DNA from: Mobula hypostoma
Lineage: Eukaryota
Direction of reading: 5' to 3'
Length of the DNA: 64,000 nucleotides
Assembly (NCBI RefSeq): GCF_963921235.1
Contig: NC_086097.1
Location: 154,382,001-154,446,000, forward strand
Positions 11,310 to 22,105 of the stretch are shown here, piece by piece. The position numbers were made by a program, and so were the translations under genes. Under the pieces are notes generated by a model. The model was not told the origin of the DNA. It saw only the letters and a list, made by a program, of their open reading frames with translations, and did no database searches. How positions within the stretch are numbered: the first letter of the stretch is position 1; the number at the start of each line of letters is the position of its first letter.

Positions 11310-14300
11310 GTGTGTGTAAGGGTGTGTTCAAAATGGTCAGCGATACCCTTATCAAATCTTGACAGCAGGAGGACCAAGGTATTCATAATGGTAACTCTCA
11401 TAAACATGAGAATCATTGGGGATTTTAACATGAAAGTGGATTGGGAAAGACAGGCCATTACTGGACCTCAAAAGAGAGAATTTGTAGAATGTCTAAGGGA
11501 TGGCTTTTTAGAACAACTTGTTGTTGAGCCCACTAGGGGATCAGCTGTGCTGGACTGGGTGTTGTGCAACGATCCAGAGGTAATAAGGTTAAGGAACCCT
11601 TAGGGAACAATGATCACAACATGATCGAGTTCACTTGGAAATTTGAGAAGGAAAAGCTAAATTCCAATGTGTCAGTATTTCAGTGGAATAAAGGAAATTA
11701 TAATGGCATGAAAGGGGAACTGGCCAAAGGGACACTAGTAGGAAGGATAACAGAGCAATAACGGCTGGAGTTTCTGCGAAAAGTGAAGGAAATGCAAGAC
11801 AGATATATTCCAAATAAGAAGAAATTTTCAAATGGAAGAAGGACACTACCATGGCTGACAAGTGAAGTCAGAGCCAAAGTAAAAGCAAAAGAGAGGGCAT
11901 ACAAGGAAGCCAAAGTCAGTGGGAAGAGAGAGGATCGGGAAGCTTTGAAAAATGTGCAGATGGAAACTAAGAAGGTCATTAAGAAGGAAAAGATGAATTA
12001 TACAAGAAAGCTAGCGACTAACATCAAAGAAGATACTAAAAGCTTTTTTAAGTAAATAAAGAGTAAAAGAGAGTTGAGGGTGGATATAGGACCAAAAGAA
12101 AATGACACCGGAGATATTGTAATGAGAGATGCAGAGATGGCAGAGGAACTGAATGTGTACTTTGCATCAGTTTTCACAATGGAGAAATCTGCAAAAATAT
12201 CAGACATTCAAGAGTGTCAGGGAAGTATGTGCGGTGAAAATTACGACTGAGAAGGTGCTCAGGAAGCTTTATGGTCTGAGGGTAGATAAATCTCCTGGAC
12301 CTGATGGAATGCACTCTCGGTTTCTGAAGGAAGTAGGTGGAGAGATTGCGAAGGCATTAACAATAATTTTTCAAGATTTAATAGATTCTGGCATTGTTCC
12401 AGATGACTGGAAAATTTCAAATGTTACTCTGCTATTCAAGAAGGGTGGGAGGCAGCAGAAAGGAAACTATAGACCTGTTAGCCCAACATCTGTGGTTAGG
12501 AAGCTGTTGGAATCGACTGTTAGGGGTGAGATTACCGAGTACTTGAAGGCACATGACAAGATGTGCCAAAGCCAGCATGGTTCCTGAAAGGAAAATTCTG
12601 CATGACTAAAGTACTGCAATTTTTTGAGGAAATTTCAAGCAATTTAGACAAAGGAGATGCAGTAGATGCGGTGTACTTGGATTTTCAGAAGCTTTGACAA
12701 GGAGCTGCACATGAGGCTGCTTAGCAAGATAAGGGCCCATGGAATTATACGGAACCTACCAGCATGGGTGAAGCATTGGGTGATTGGCAGAAAACGGAGA
12801 ACAGGAACAAAAAGGTCTTATTCTGGCTGGCCTCCGGTTACCAGTAGAGTTCCGCAGGGGTCAGTGTTGGGACCACTGCTTTTTATGATATATGTCAATG
12901 ATTTGGACTGTGGGATTAATGGATTTGTGGCTAAATTTGCCAATGATACAAAGATAGGTGGAGGAGCGGGTAGTATTGATGAACCAGAGAGCCTGCAGAG
13001 AGACTTAGATAGTTTAGGGGAATGGGGAAAGAAGTGGCAAATGAAATACAATATTGGAATATGTATAGTCATGCACTTTGGTGGAAGAAATAATCGGGCA
13101 GACTATTATTTAGATGGGGATAGAATTCAAAATGCAGAGATGTAAAGGGACTTGGAAGTCCTTGTGCAGGATACTCTAAAGGTTAACATCCAGGTTGAGT
13201 CTGTGGTAAAGAAGGCAAATGCAATGTTGGCATTCATTTCTAGAGGTATAGAATATAAGAGCAGGGATGTGATATTGAGGCTCTCTGTAAGGAACTCGTG
13301 AGACCACACTTGGAGTATTGTGTGCAGTTTTGGGTTCCTTATTTTAGAAAAGATATTGGAGAGAGTTCAGAGAAGATCCACGAGAATGATTCCAGGAATG
13401 AAAGGGTTACTGTATGAGCAACGTCTGGCAGCTTTTGGGCTGTATTCCCTGGAGTTCAGGAGAATGAGGGGGGATCTTATAGATACATTCCAAGTGTTAA
13501 AAGGACTGAACAGATTAGATATGGCAACCTTATTTCCCATGGCAAGGGAGTCTAGGACAAGAGGGCACAACTTCAGGATTGAAGAATGTCCATTTAGAAC
13601 AGAGATATGGAGAATAACTTTAGTCAGAGGGTGGTAGATCTGTGGAATTTGTTGCCATGAACGGCTGTGAAGGCCAAGTCATTGGTTGTATGTAAGGCAG
13701 GGGAGTAGGAATGGCTGGAAGAATTGAACGGCGTAGCAGACTCATTGGACCGAATGGCCTACCTCTGCTCCTATGTCTTATGGTCTTATGAACAGGGACA
13801 TCACATCAAAACTGACCATTATCCTCTGGGGTCAGCTGGATGTTGGTTATCGTTTTTATGAAGTTGGCCAAAATCATGATGTGATGCTCACAGCCCCTAA
13901 CGAAGGGAGACAGCATGGTTGTTAAATGCTTAGCAAGATCGTAAGCCAGAAAATCTATTGCAGTGACAATAGGCCCCAAGGGGGTGGGGGGGGGAATCCT
14001 CCTTTTGTATCTTAGGGAGCCAGTAATATCTTGGTGGTACTGGCACCTAAGGTAGAAGTATCTTGAAGGACTTCCTGGTGAAGGAAACCATTGAAATAAG
14101 ACTAGAAATAAGAATTTCAACAAAGGTGAAGATCTCGTTGAAATTAAGAACTGGAATCCAATTTTAAACAAGATGGGCCACCAGAAACCTGATTGGGTGA
14201 AGACTAACCAATCAGGAGGGACCGATGACGTGAGTTGAGTAGATATACCACCAGATTAGACATACCTAGGCATCATCTCTGATAAAGATGGTGAAGTTTG

Positions 14301-14400
14301 TCATCGAAAAGTCAGTTAAAATCAACATCTGGACCCAGCTGGAAGCCTAAGAAAAGTTTATGCAACATGTACACTGGGAATGCACTAGATCCTTTTTCAT
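11310..14400. mobile_element. Second-family Penelope element: RT on the minus strand (11310-11411 and 13787-13985, split by a CR1), inverted endonuclease C-terminus and terminal repeat on the plus strand (about 14030-14400)
   Basis: Minus strand: PIVTAIDFLAYDLAKHLTTMLSP...FDVMSLF, continuing MRVTIMNTLVLL...FEHTLT. Plus strand: LVKETIEIRLE..NFNKGEDL...NWNPIL, then a CCAAT-containing terminal repeat with a hammerhead-like motif at 14276-14317. Confidence 0.75.
11412..13790 (+). mobile_element. CR1 LINE, 5'-truncated, disrupted
   Basis: ORFs 11256-13637 cover IIGDFN...[33 protein letters not shown] and FAND. The tail is cttatggtcttatg. Confidence 0.95.
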
Positions 14401-14754
14401 ATAATTAGTGTTTAACTTACGTTTTTTCTTCTGTATGTTGGGTTTCTCATGATATGTGCCAAATGAAGTTGAATTCAAGCTTCTCCTATGCACAAGTATG
14501 TGTACACACGTGCAGAAGCATCATAGTTGCACAGTATCAAAGATGTAACATTCACAAGAAAAACATAAATTAAACACTAATTATACATTATAATGCTGCT
14601 GCAAGTAAGTTTTTCATTAGTCGTGCAAATGACTATAAAATTGACTTTCAATTCAAATGCTGAATTATCTTTTGCTCCTATAAATGGTATTTTAGAGCTC
14701 AAGACTCCAACCCTCCTTCCTTCAATAATGTTGGACATTGTCCTTTTAAATTAG

Positions 14755-16075
14755 TGAAATGGAAGTTCATGCAGAGGGACCTTGAGGTCCAAGTGCAGAG
14801 CTCACTGAAAGTGGCCATGCAGGTAGATCGGGCGATAAAGGAAGTGCATGGCATGCTTACCCTCATTGGTCGTAGCACCAAGTATAAGACTCAGAGAGTT
14901 AGCTTGCAGCTGTATAAACCTTGGGTTAGCTCATACTTGCAGTATTGTGTGCAATTCTGGTTGCCCCATTAGATGAAGAATGTTTGGAAAGGGTGCAAGA
15001 GGGATTTAACACAATGCTGCCTGGACAATAGAGTATAATAATATAGGAAATAGGAACAGGAGTCAGCCATCTAGCCTGTCGAGATCAATAATCAAAAATC
15101 AATGATCAATAAGATCATGGCTAATCTTGCCATAGACCCAGCACCAACTAACTACCTGCCTTTTTCCATAACCCTTAGTTCCCCTACTATGCAAGAATCT
15201 ATCTCACAGTGTCTATTGTATTTCTTGGTTTTGTAGCTTCCTACAAGATGATGAATCTCAGAGTTGTATATAGTATACATACTTTGATAATAAATTTACT
15301 TTGCACTTTTTACTTTAAATGTATTTAATAGGATAGCGTCTACTGCTTCCCTGAGCAGAGAACTTCATAGGTTCATCTCTTTCTTTGAAAAAGTTTCTCC
15401 TCATCTCCATTCTAAATGAACTACAGGGAGAAGTTGGACAAACTTGGTAGTTTTCTTTGTCATGTCTTAAGCTGAGGAGGGACCTGATAGAAGTTTAAAG
15501 GGTTAAGAAAGACATAAATAGCGAAAGCAGTTAGAATCATTCTCCCAGGGTAGATATGTCAAGTACTGCAGAACATGCATTTAAGGCGAAAGGAATAAAG
15601 AGATGTGTGGGACATTCTTCCAGAAATCGAGGCCTGATGGATGGAGCCTGGAGTCTACAAATCTTTGCAAGGCCACTAGCAAAGTTGGCGCCCGGTGTCT
15701 ACAAATCCATGAGTCCACTGAAAGCTGGACGTGGAAGAAGGCCTGTTCTGGGGTTAGAGGACTGTGTATGTGCATGGATGGATGGTGGGAGTGAGGGAGG
15801 AATGGGGCTTGTTTCACTGGACCTGCTTTGTTGCTTGGTATGTTCTGTGTTGTTCTGATGAGCACCGTTGGCACACTATGCTAGTGCCAGAATGTGTATT
15901 CACATTGCGGGCTGCCCCTAGCACATCCTTGTGTGTGCTGGTTATTGACTTCAATGGCACAATTCACTGTCTGTTTTGATGTACATGTGATAAATAAATC
16001 TGAATCTGTGCCGGAGTGGTGGTAGAAGCTGATATAACAACCGCATTTAAGTGGCTGTTTGATAGCCACAGGAAA
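14755..16075 (+). mobile_element. Decayed CR1 3' fragment with a nested antisense CR1 3' end (about 15045-15420) and a non-autonomous element (about 15620-16008)
   Basis: QRDLEVQVQSSLKVAMQVD...LQYCVQFWLPH. The nested pieces end in their own tails (ataggaaataggaacagg; aataaatctgaatctg). Confidence 0.7.
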
Positions 16076-16139
16076 ACCAAACCTTTGGTCTATAAAGAAG
16101 TCATGAAGCTGAATTATGGGCCACAGACAGTAGGCACCT

Positions 16140-16500
16140 GAAAGCTCTGGTACAATATCTCCAAAGATCCTTACAAAAGATTTTGAGGATCAAGTGGACA
16201 GATAAGACACATTAACATCAGTGTACTGGAAGAGGCCAACATGAACAGCATCTTCAACATATAAAGCAACACCACTCCAATGGAGAAGTCATGTCATCTG
16301 GATTCCTAACTCACATCCTCCAAAACAGATCCTTTACTCACAGGTGAAAGAAGGTCAGTGAGTCCCTGGTGGGCAAATGAAACACTTGAAAGATAACATC
16401 AAAATCAGCCTGAGGAAATCCAGCAGTACATCTAAAATCTGGGAAGTTATTGCATTCAATAGATACACCTGAAGAAAATCTGTTCAAGAGGAAGATGCGC
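16140..16500 (+). mobile_element. RTE-clade LINE C-terminal fragment
   Basis: Translates with frameshifts to KILRIKWTD...N.SVLEEANM.SI...PKQILYSQVKEG...GGQMKHLKDNIK. Confidence 0.7.
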
Positions 16501-16561
16501 TATTTTGTGTGTGTTCCTTTTCTATAATCTGTTTATGGTTCATGACCTCTCTACTACTTTC

Positions 16562-17897
16562 ATTTTCATTTTTAAAATCTTTTTTTATTAATTATTATTA
16601 AAGATCAACAAAAATACATTAAGATAATCAAGTCAATATGTCAATATGTACAATAAAGATTTAAATTAGCAAATAACTGATTAACAAAGCCAGCAATATA
16701 TCAATAATAGTAAGAAAAAATAAAGTGTTAAGAATATTTTTTTGAAGAAAAAAAGAGGAAAAAAAGAACCCCTACTAAGAAAAAAAACCCACTAACTAAA
16801 AAAAATGAAAAAAAAACCCCATTGGGAGCACAACCCCAGAGCTATACGTCATACAAACTTCCATAAAAGAAAAACATCAATCCGCTAACTCAAATCCATT
16901 TAAACAAAAATCGGAAGGAAACCATATTAATTAACTCAAATCAGATGATAATAGCAGGCAAAAGAACCCCACCTTTTATCAAAATCAAATCGAGGACCAA
17001 AAGTTCGACTTCTGATTTTCTCCAAGCTAAGACATAGCATCACCTAAGAGAACCATTGTATCAAAGTAGGAGCAGAAGCATCTTTCCACTTCAACAAAAT
17101 CGCCCTTCCGGCCAATAATGTAACAAATGCGATTACATGTTGGTCTGATAGAGAAATGCCATGAATATATTGAGGGATTATACCAAACAAAACTGTCAAT
17201 TTATTAGGTTGTAAATTAATTTTTAAAACTTTAGAAATTGTAGAAAAAATAGATTTCCAAAAATGTTTCGATACAGAACACGACCAAAACATGTGTGTCA
17301 ATATAGCTGTCTCGGCTTTACATCTATCACACTGACTATCAACATTAGGAAGCTTTTTAGACAGTCTCTCCTTTATCAAATAATAACGATGTAAAATTTT
17401 AAACTGAATTAAAGAGTGACTGGCACAGATCGAAGAAGAGTTAACCAACTTCAAAATCCGCAACCAATCCTCTGTTATCAAGGTCATATTAAGCTCTCTC
17501 TCCCAATCTTTCTTAATCTTAAGTGAAGGGTAATTGTGCTGTTGTAACAATAAATTATTAATTTTCCCAATAAAACCTTACACTAAAGGGTACATTTTTA
17601 AAATAATATCTAACAGGTCAGAATCCTGTATATATGGAAAATTACATAAGTATTCTTGTATGAAGTATCTGACCTGAAGATATTGCAGGAAATGTGAATA
17701 CAAGAGAGAGTATTTAATTACTAATTTCTCAAAAGACATCTTGGAACAGATTCATGAAGGAATAAACTCCTTTATTCCTCCAAAGAAGAAAGGTAGGATC
17801 ACTTAATGAAGGTTTAAATAAATAATTTCGATAAATTAAACTAAAAAGTTTAAATTTTTTAAGATTAAAAAAATTACGAAACTGGAACCAAATTCGT
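16562..17897 (-). mobile_element. L1-clade LINE 3' fragment (C-terminal cysteine-rich domain, T-rich 3' UTR)
   Basis: ORF 17044-17550 has LIQFKILHRYY...CDRC...LTHMFWSC...FW. The 3' end is aataaaaaaagattttaaaaatgaaaatgaaa on the minus strand. Confidence 0.9.
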
Positions 17898-18047
17898 CTC
17901 TGCTATTTTCTACATCGCTGTAGACTCTGTTTCCTTCTCCCAATTAAATACCAATAGAAAAACAAAACATTTATGATCTCTCCCTGCAACACACATCAAA
18001 GTTGCTGGTGAACGCAGCAGGCCAGGCAGCATCTCTAGGAAGAGGTA

Positions 18048-18085
18048 CAGTCGACGTTTCAGGCCGAGACCCTTCGTCAGGACTA
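18048..18085 (-). ncRNA. Minimal type I hammerhead ribozyme motif in a Penelope terminal repeat
   Basis: UAGUC-CUGACGA-AGGGUCUCGGCCU-GAAAC-GUC-GACUG: stem I, conserved core, stem II and a loopless palindromic ACGU stem III. Confidence 0.75.
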
Positions 18086-18381
18086 ACTGAAGGAAGAGTT
18101 AGTAAGAGATTTGAAAGTGGGAGTGGGAGGAGGAGATCCAAAATGATAGGAGAAGACAGGAGGGGGAGGGATGGAGCCAAGAGCTGGACAGGTGATAGGC
18201 AAAAGGGGATACGAGAGGATCATGGGACAGGAGGTCCGGGGAGAAAGACAAAGGGGGGACGGGAACCCAGAGGATGGGCAAGGGGTATAGTCAGAGGGAC
18301 AGAGGGAGAAAAAGGACAGTGAGAGAAAGAATGTGTGTATAAAAATAAGTAACAGATGGGGTACGAGGGGGAGGTGGGGCA

Positions 18382-19695
18382 TCAGCGGAAGTTAGAGAAG
18401 TCAATGTTCATGCCATCAGGTTGGAGGCTACCCAGATGGAATATAAGGTGTTGTTCCTCCAACCTGAGTGTGGCTTCATCTTTACAGTAGAGGAGGCCGT
18501 GGATAGACATGTCAGAATGGGAATGGGATGTGGAATTAAAATGTGTGGCCACTGGGAGATCCTGCTTTCTCTGGCGGACAGAGCGTAGGTGTTCAGCAAA
18601 GCGGTCTCCCAGTCTGCATCGGGTCTCGCCAATATATAGAAGGCCACATCGGGAGCACCGGACGCAGTATATCACCTCAGCCGACTCACAGGTGAAGTGT
18701 CGCCTCACCTGGAAGGACTGTTTGGGGCCCTGAATGGTGGTAAGGGAGGAAGTGTAAGGGCATGTGTAGCACTTGTTCTGCTTACAAGGATAAGTGCCAG
18801 GAGGGAGATCAGTGGGGAGGGATGGGGGGGACGAATGGACAAGGGAGTTGCGTCGGAAGCGATCCCTGCGGAAAGCAGAGGGGGGGGAGGGAAAGGTGTG
18901 CTTAGTGGTGGGATCCCGTTGGAGGTGGCGGAAGTTACGGAGAATAATACGTTGGACCCGGAGGCTGGTGGGGTGGTAGGTGAGGACCAGGGGAACCCTA
19001 TTCCTAGTGGGGTCGCGGGAGGATGGAATGAGAGCAGATGTACGTGAAATAGGGGAGATGCGTTTGAGAGCAGAGTTGATAGTGGAGGAAGGGAAGCCCC
19101 TTTCTTTGAAAAAGGAGGACATCTCCCTCGTACTGGAATGAAAAGCCTCATCCTGAGAGCAGATGTGGCGGGGACGGAGGAATTGCGAGAAGGGGATGGC
19201 ATTTTTGCAGGAGACAGGGTGAGAATAGGAATAGTCCAGATAGCTGTGAGAGTCAGTAGGCTTATAGTAGACATCAGTGGATAAGCTGTCTCCAGAGACA
19301 GAGACAGAAAGATCTAGAAAGGGGAGGGAGGTGTCAGAAGTGGACCAGGTAAACTTGAGGGCAGGGTGAAAGTTGGAGGCAAAGTTAATAAAGTCAACGA
19401 GCTCAGCATGCGTGCAGGAAGCAGCGCCAATGCAGTCGTCGATGTAGCGAAGGAAAAGTGGGGGACAGATACCAGAATAGGCATGGAACATAGATTGTTC
19501 CACAAAGCTAACAAAAAGGCAGGCATAGCTAGGACCCATACGGGTGCCCATAACTACACCTTTAGTTTGGAGGAAGTGGGAGGAGCCAAAGGAGAAATTA
19601 TTAAGAGTAAGGACTAATTCCGCTAGACAGAGCAGAGTGGTGGTAGAGGGGAACTGATTAGGCCTGGAAACGCATCTCCCCCATTTCACGTACAT
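18382..19695 (-). CDS. Penelope RT (C-terminal half), Cys linker and GIY-YIG endonuclease; 5'-truncated, frame open
   Basis: QTKGVVMGTRMGPSYA, RYIDD, LPFLD, YYKPTD, linker CKQNKCYTC and VIYCVRCSRCGLLYIGET..L.DRF.EH. The first ~8 residues come from the inverted arm, so the annotated start is not the native one. Confidence 0.9.
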   Translation of the reverse strand: MYVKWGRCVSRPNQFPSTTTLLCLAELVLTLNNFSFGSSHFLQTKGVVMGTRMGPSYACLFVSFVEQSMFHAYSGICPPLFLRYIDDCIGAASCTHAELVDFINFASNFHPALKFTWSTSDTSLPFLDLSVSVSGDSLSTDVYYKPTDSHSYLDYSYSHPVSCKNAIPFSQFLRPRHICSQDEAFHSSTREMSSFFKERGFPSSTINSALKRISPISRTSALIPSSRDPTRNRVPLVLTYHPTSLRVQRIILRNFRHLQRDPTTKHTFPSPPSAFRRDRFRRNSLVHSSPPSLPTDLPPGTYPCKQNKCYTCPYTSSLTTIQGPKQSFQVRRHFTCESAEVIYCVRCSRCGLLYIGETRCRLGDRFAEHLRSVRQRKQDLPVATHFNSTSHSHSDMSIHGLLYCKDEATLRLEEQHLIFHLGSLQPDGMNIDFSNFR

Positions 19696-20647
19696 CTGCT
19701 CTCACTCCATCCTCCCGCCACCCCACTAGGAATAGGGTTCCCCTGGTCCTCTCCTACCACCCCACCAGCCTCCGGGTCCAACATATTATTCTCCGTAACT
19801 TCCGCCACCTCCAACGGGATCCTACCACTAAGCACATCTTTCCCTCCCCCTCTCTCTCTGCATTCCGCAGGGATCGCTCCCTACACAACTCCCTTGTCCA
19901 TTCATCCCCCCCATCCCTCCCCACTGATCTCCCTCCTGGCACTTATCCGTGTAAGTGGAACAAGTGCTACACATGCCCTTACACTTCCTCCCTTACCACC
20001 ATTCAGGGCCCCAAACAGTCCTTCCAGGTGAGGTAACACTTCACCTGTGAGTCGGCTGGGGTGATATACTGCATCCAGTGCTCCCGATGTGGCCTTCTAT
20101 ATATTGGCGAGACCCAACGCAGACTGGGAGACCGCTTTGCTGAACACCTACGCTCTGTCCGCCAGAGAAAGCAGGATCTCCCAGTGGCCACACATTTTAA
20201 TTCCACATCCCATTCCCATTCTGACATGTCTATCCACGGCCTCCTCTACTGTAAAGATGAAACCACACTCAGGTTGGAGGAACAACACCTTATATTCCGT
20301 CTGGGTAGCCTCCAACCTGATGGCATGAACATCGACTTCTCTAACTTCCGCTAAGGCCCCACCTCCCCCTCGTACCCCATCTGTTACTTATTTTTATACA
20401 CACATTCTTTCTTTCACTGTCCTTTTTCTCCCTCTATCCCTCTGACTATACCCCTTGCCCATCCTCTGGGTCCCCCCCCGCCTTGTCTTTCTCCCCGGAC
20501 CTCCTGTTCCATGATCCTCTTGTATCCCCTTTGCCAATCACCTGTCCAGCTCTTGGCTCCATCCCTCCCCCTTCTGCCTTCTCCTATCATTTTGGATCTC
20601 CCCCTCCCCCTCCCACTTTCAAATCTCTTACTAACTCTTCCTTCAGT

Positions 20648-20685
20648 TAGTCCTGACGAAGGGTCTCGGCCTGAAACGTCGACTG
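20648..20685 (+). ncRNA. Minimal type I hammerhead ribozyme motif in a Penelope terminal repeat
   Basis: tagtc ctgacga agggtctcggcct gaaac gtc gactg, identical to the motif at 18048-18085. Confidence 0.75.
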
Positions 20686-20779
20686 TACCTCTTCCTAGAG
20701 ATGCTGCCCGGCCTGCTGCGTTCACCAGCAACTTTGATGTGTGTTGCTTGAATTTCCAGTATCTGCAGAATTCCTGTTG

Positions 20780-22105
20780 ATCCTCCCTGGTTTTGTTGTC
20801 TCTTTGTTTAGATGATCACCCTGATCTTCCAGGGGCCCAATTTTGTCCTTTGTTATCCTTTTGCTCTTAATATGCCTGTAGATGCCCTTGGAATTCTCCT
20901 TCACCTCGTCTGCTGAAGCAACTTCAAGCTTTCTTTCAACTCTGCTGATTTCCTCAAGTGCTTTTCTGCAGTTCTTACACTCCGTTTGGTCCTTCCTACC
21001 TATACCAGCTATGCACCTCATTTTTCTTAATGAGACCTTTAATATCTCTGAAAAAGCAAGGTTCCCTAAATCTCTTATGTTTGCCTTTTATTCCGACAGG
21101 AACATCCTAACTCTGCGCTCTAAAATTTTTACTTTTGAAGGTCTCCCTCTTAACAAGTACACCTGCCAGAAATCAACCTGTCCCAATCCACACTTCCCAG
21201 TTCCTTTCCAATACCTTTAGCCTTTCTCCAATTTAGGATCTCAACACGAGGGCCGGACCTATTCTTATCCATAATTATCTTGAAACTAATGGCATTGTGA
21301 TCACTAGATACAAAGTGTTCCCCTACACAAACTTCTGTCACTTGCCCTGTCTCATAGGAGATCTACCTATTGCACTCTCTCAAGGTGGGATTTTTATGTA
21401 CTGTTTAAGGAAATTTTCCTGAACACATTCAACACACTCTTTCCCATCTAGTCCTTTTACAGTGAGGGAGTCCCAGTCAATATGAGGAAGTTAAAGTCAC
21501 CTACTATCTCAACTTTATTTCTTGCAACAGTCTGTAATCGCTTTACAAATTTGATCTCTAAAACCTGTGGACTGTTGGGTGGTCTCTATTATGATCCCAT
21601 TAACATGATCACCCCTTTCTTAATCCTCAGATCCACCCGTACAGCCTTACTAGAGGAGTTTTCTAGTCTGTCCTGTCCTGTCTGAGCACTGCTGTGTCAT
21701 TTTTCCTGACCAGTAATGCCAGCCCTCCCCTTTTAATCCTTCCTACTCTATCATGTCTTAAACAACAGAACCCTGAAATATTGCACTGTCCGTCCTGTCC
21801 CTACTGTAACTAAGTCTCACTAATGGCTACAACGTGTGCTGAGCCATTGCTCCAAGTCTTACCATACTCCTTGCATTAGAATATACGCAACTAAGAACAT
21901 TAGTCCCACCATGCTCAACATTTTAATTCCTGACTTGGTATGTAGCTTAACGACATCTTTCCTCACAACCCTCCACTATCTGCTTGCATTGCCCTGCAAC
22001 TCTAGTTTAAATGTCATCACCCCACCCCTTCCCTTGCCTGTGCAGCACCAGCAAACCTTTCCACAAGGATATTAGTCCCCCTCAACTTCAGGTGCATACC
22101 ATCTC
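20780..22105 (-). mobile_element. CR1 LINE fragment (endonuclease and linker region), decayed
   Basis: VGEHFVSSDHNAISF...LNWRKA and VKENSKGIYRHIKSKRITKDKIGPL. Confidence 0.85.

Larger units (their letters stand above)
17986..20779. mobile_element. Neptune-type Penelope element: 5'-truncated minus-strand copy (17986-19669) plus an inverted 3' copy (19668-20779)
   Basis: RT and GIY-YIG ORF on the minus strand. 19668-20747 is the near-identical reverse complement of 17986-19065, and mirror-image ORFs appear in the ORF track. Confidence 0.95.

Noticed and set aside
18002..20780. Many overlapping 60-190 aa ORFs appearing in mirrored pairs
   Set aside because: They are alternative-frame and antisense shadows of the GC-rich Penelope arms, not separate genes.
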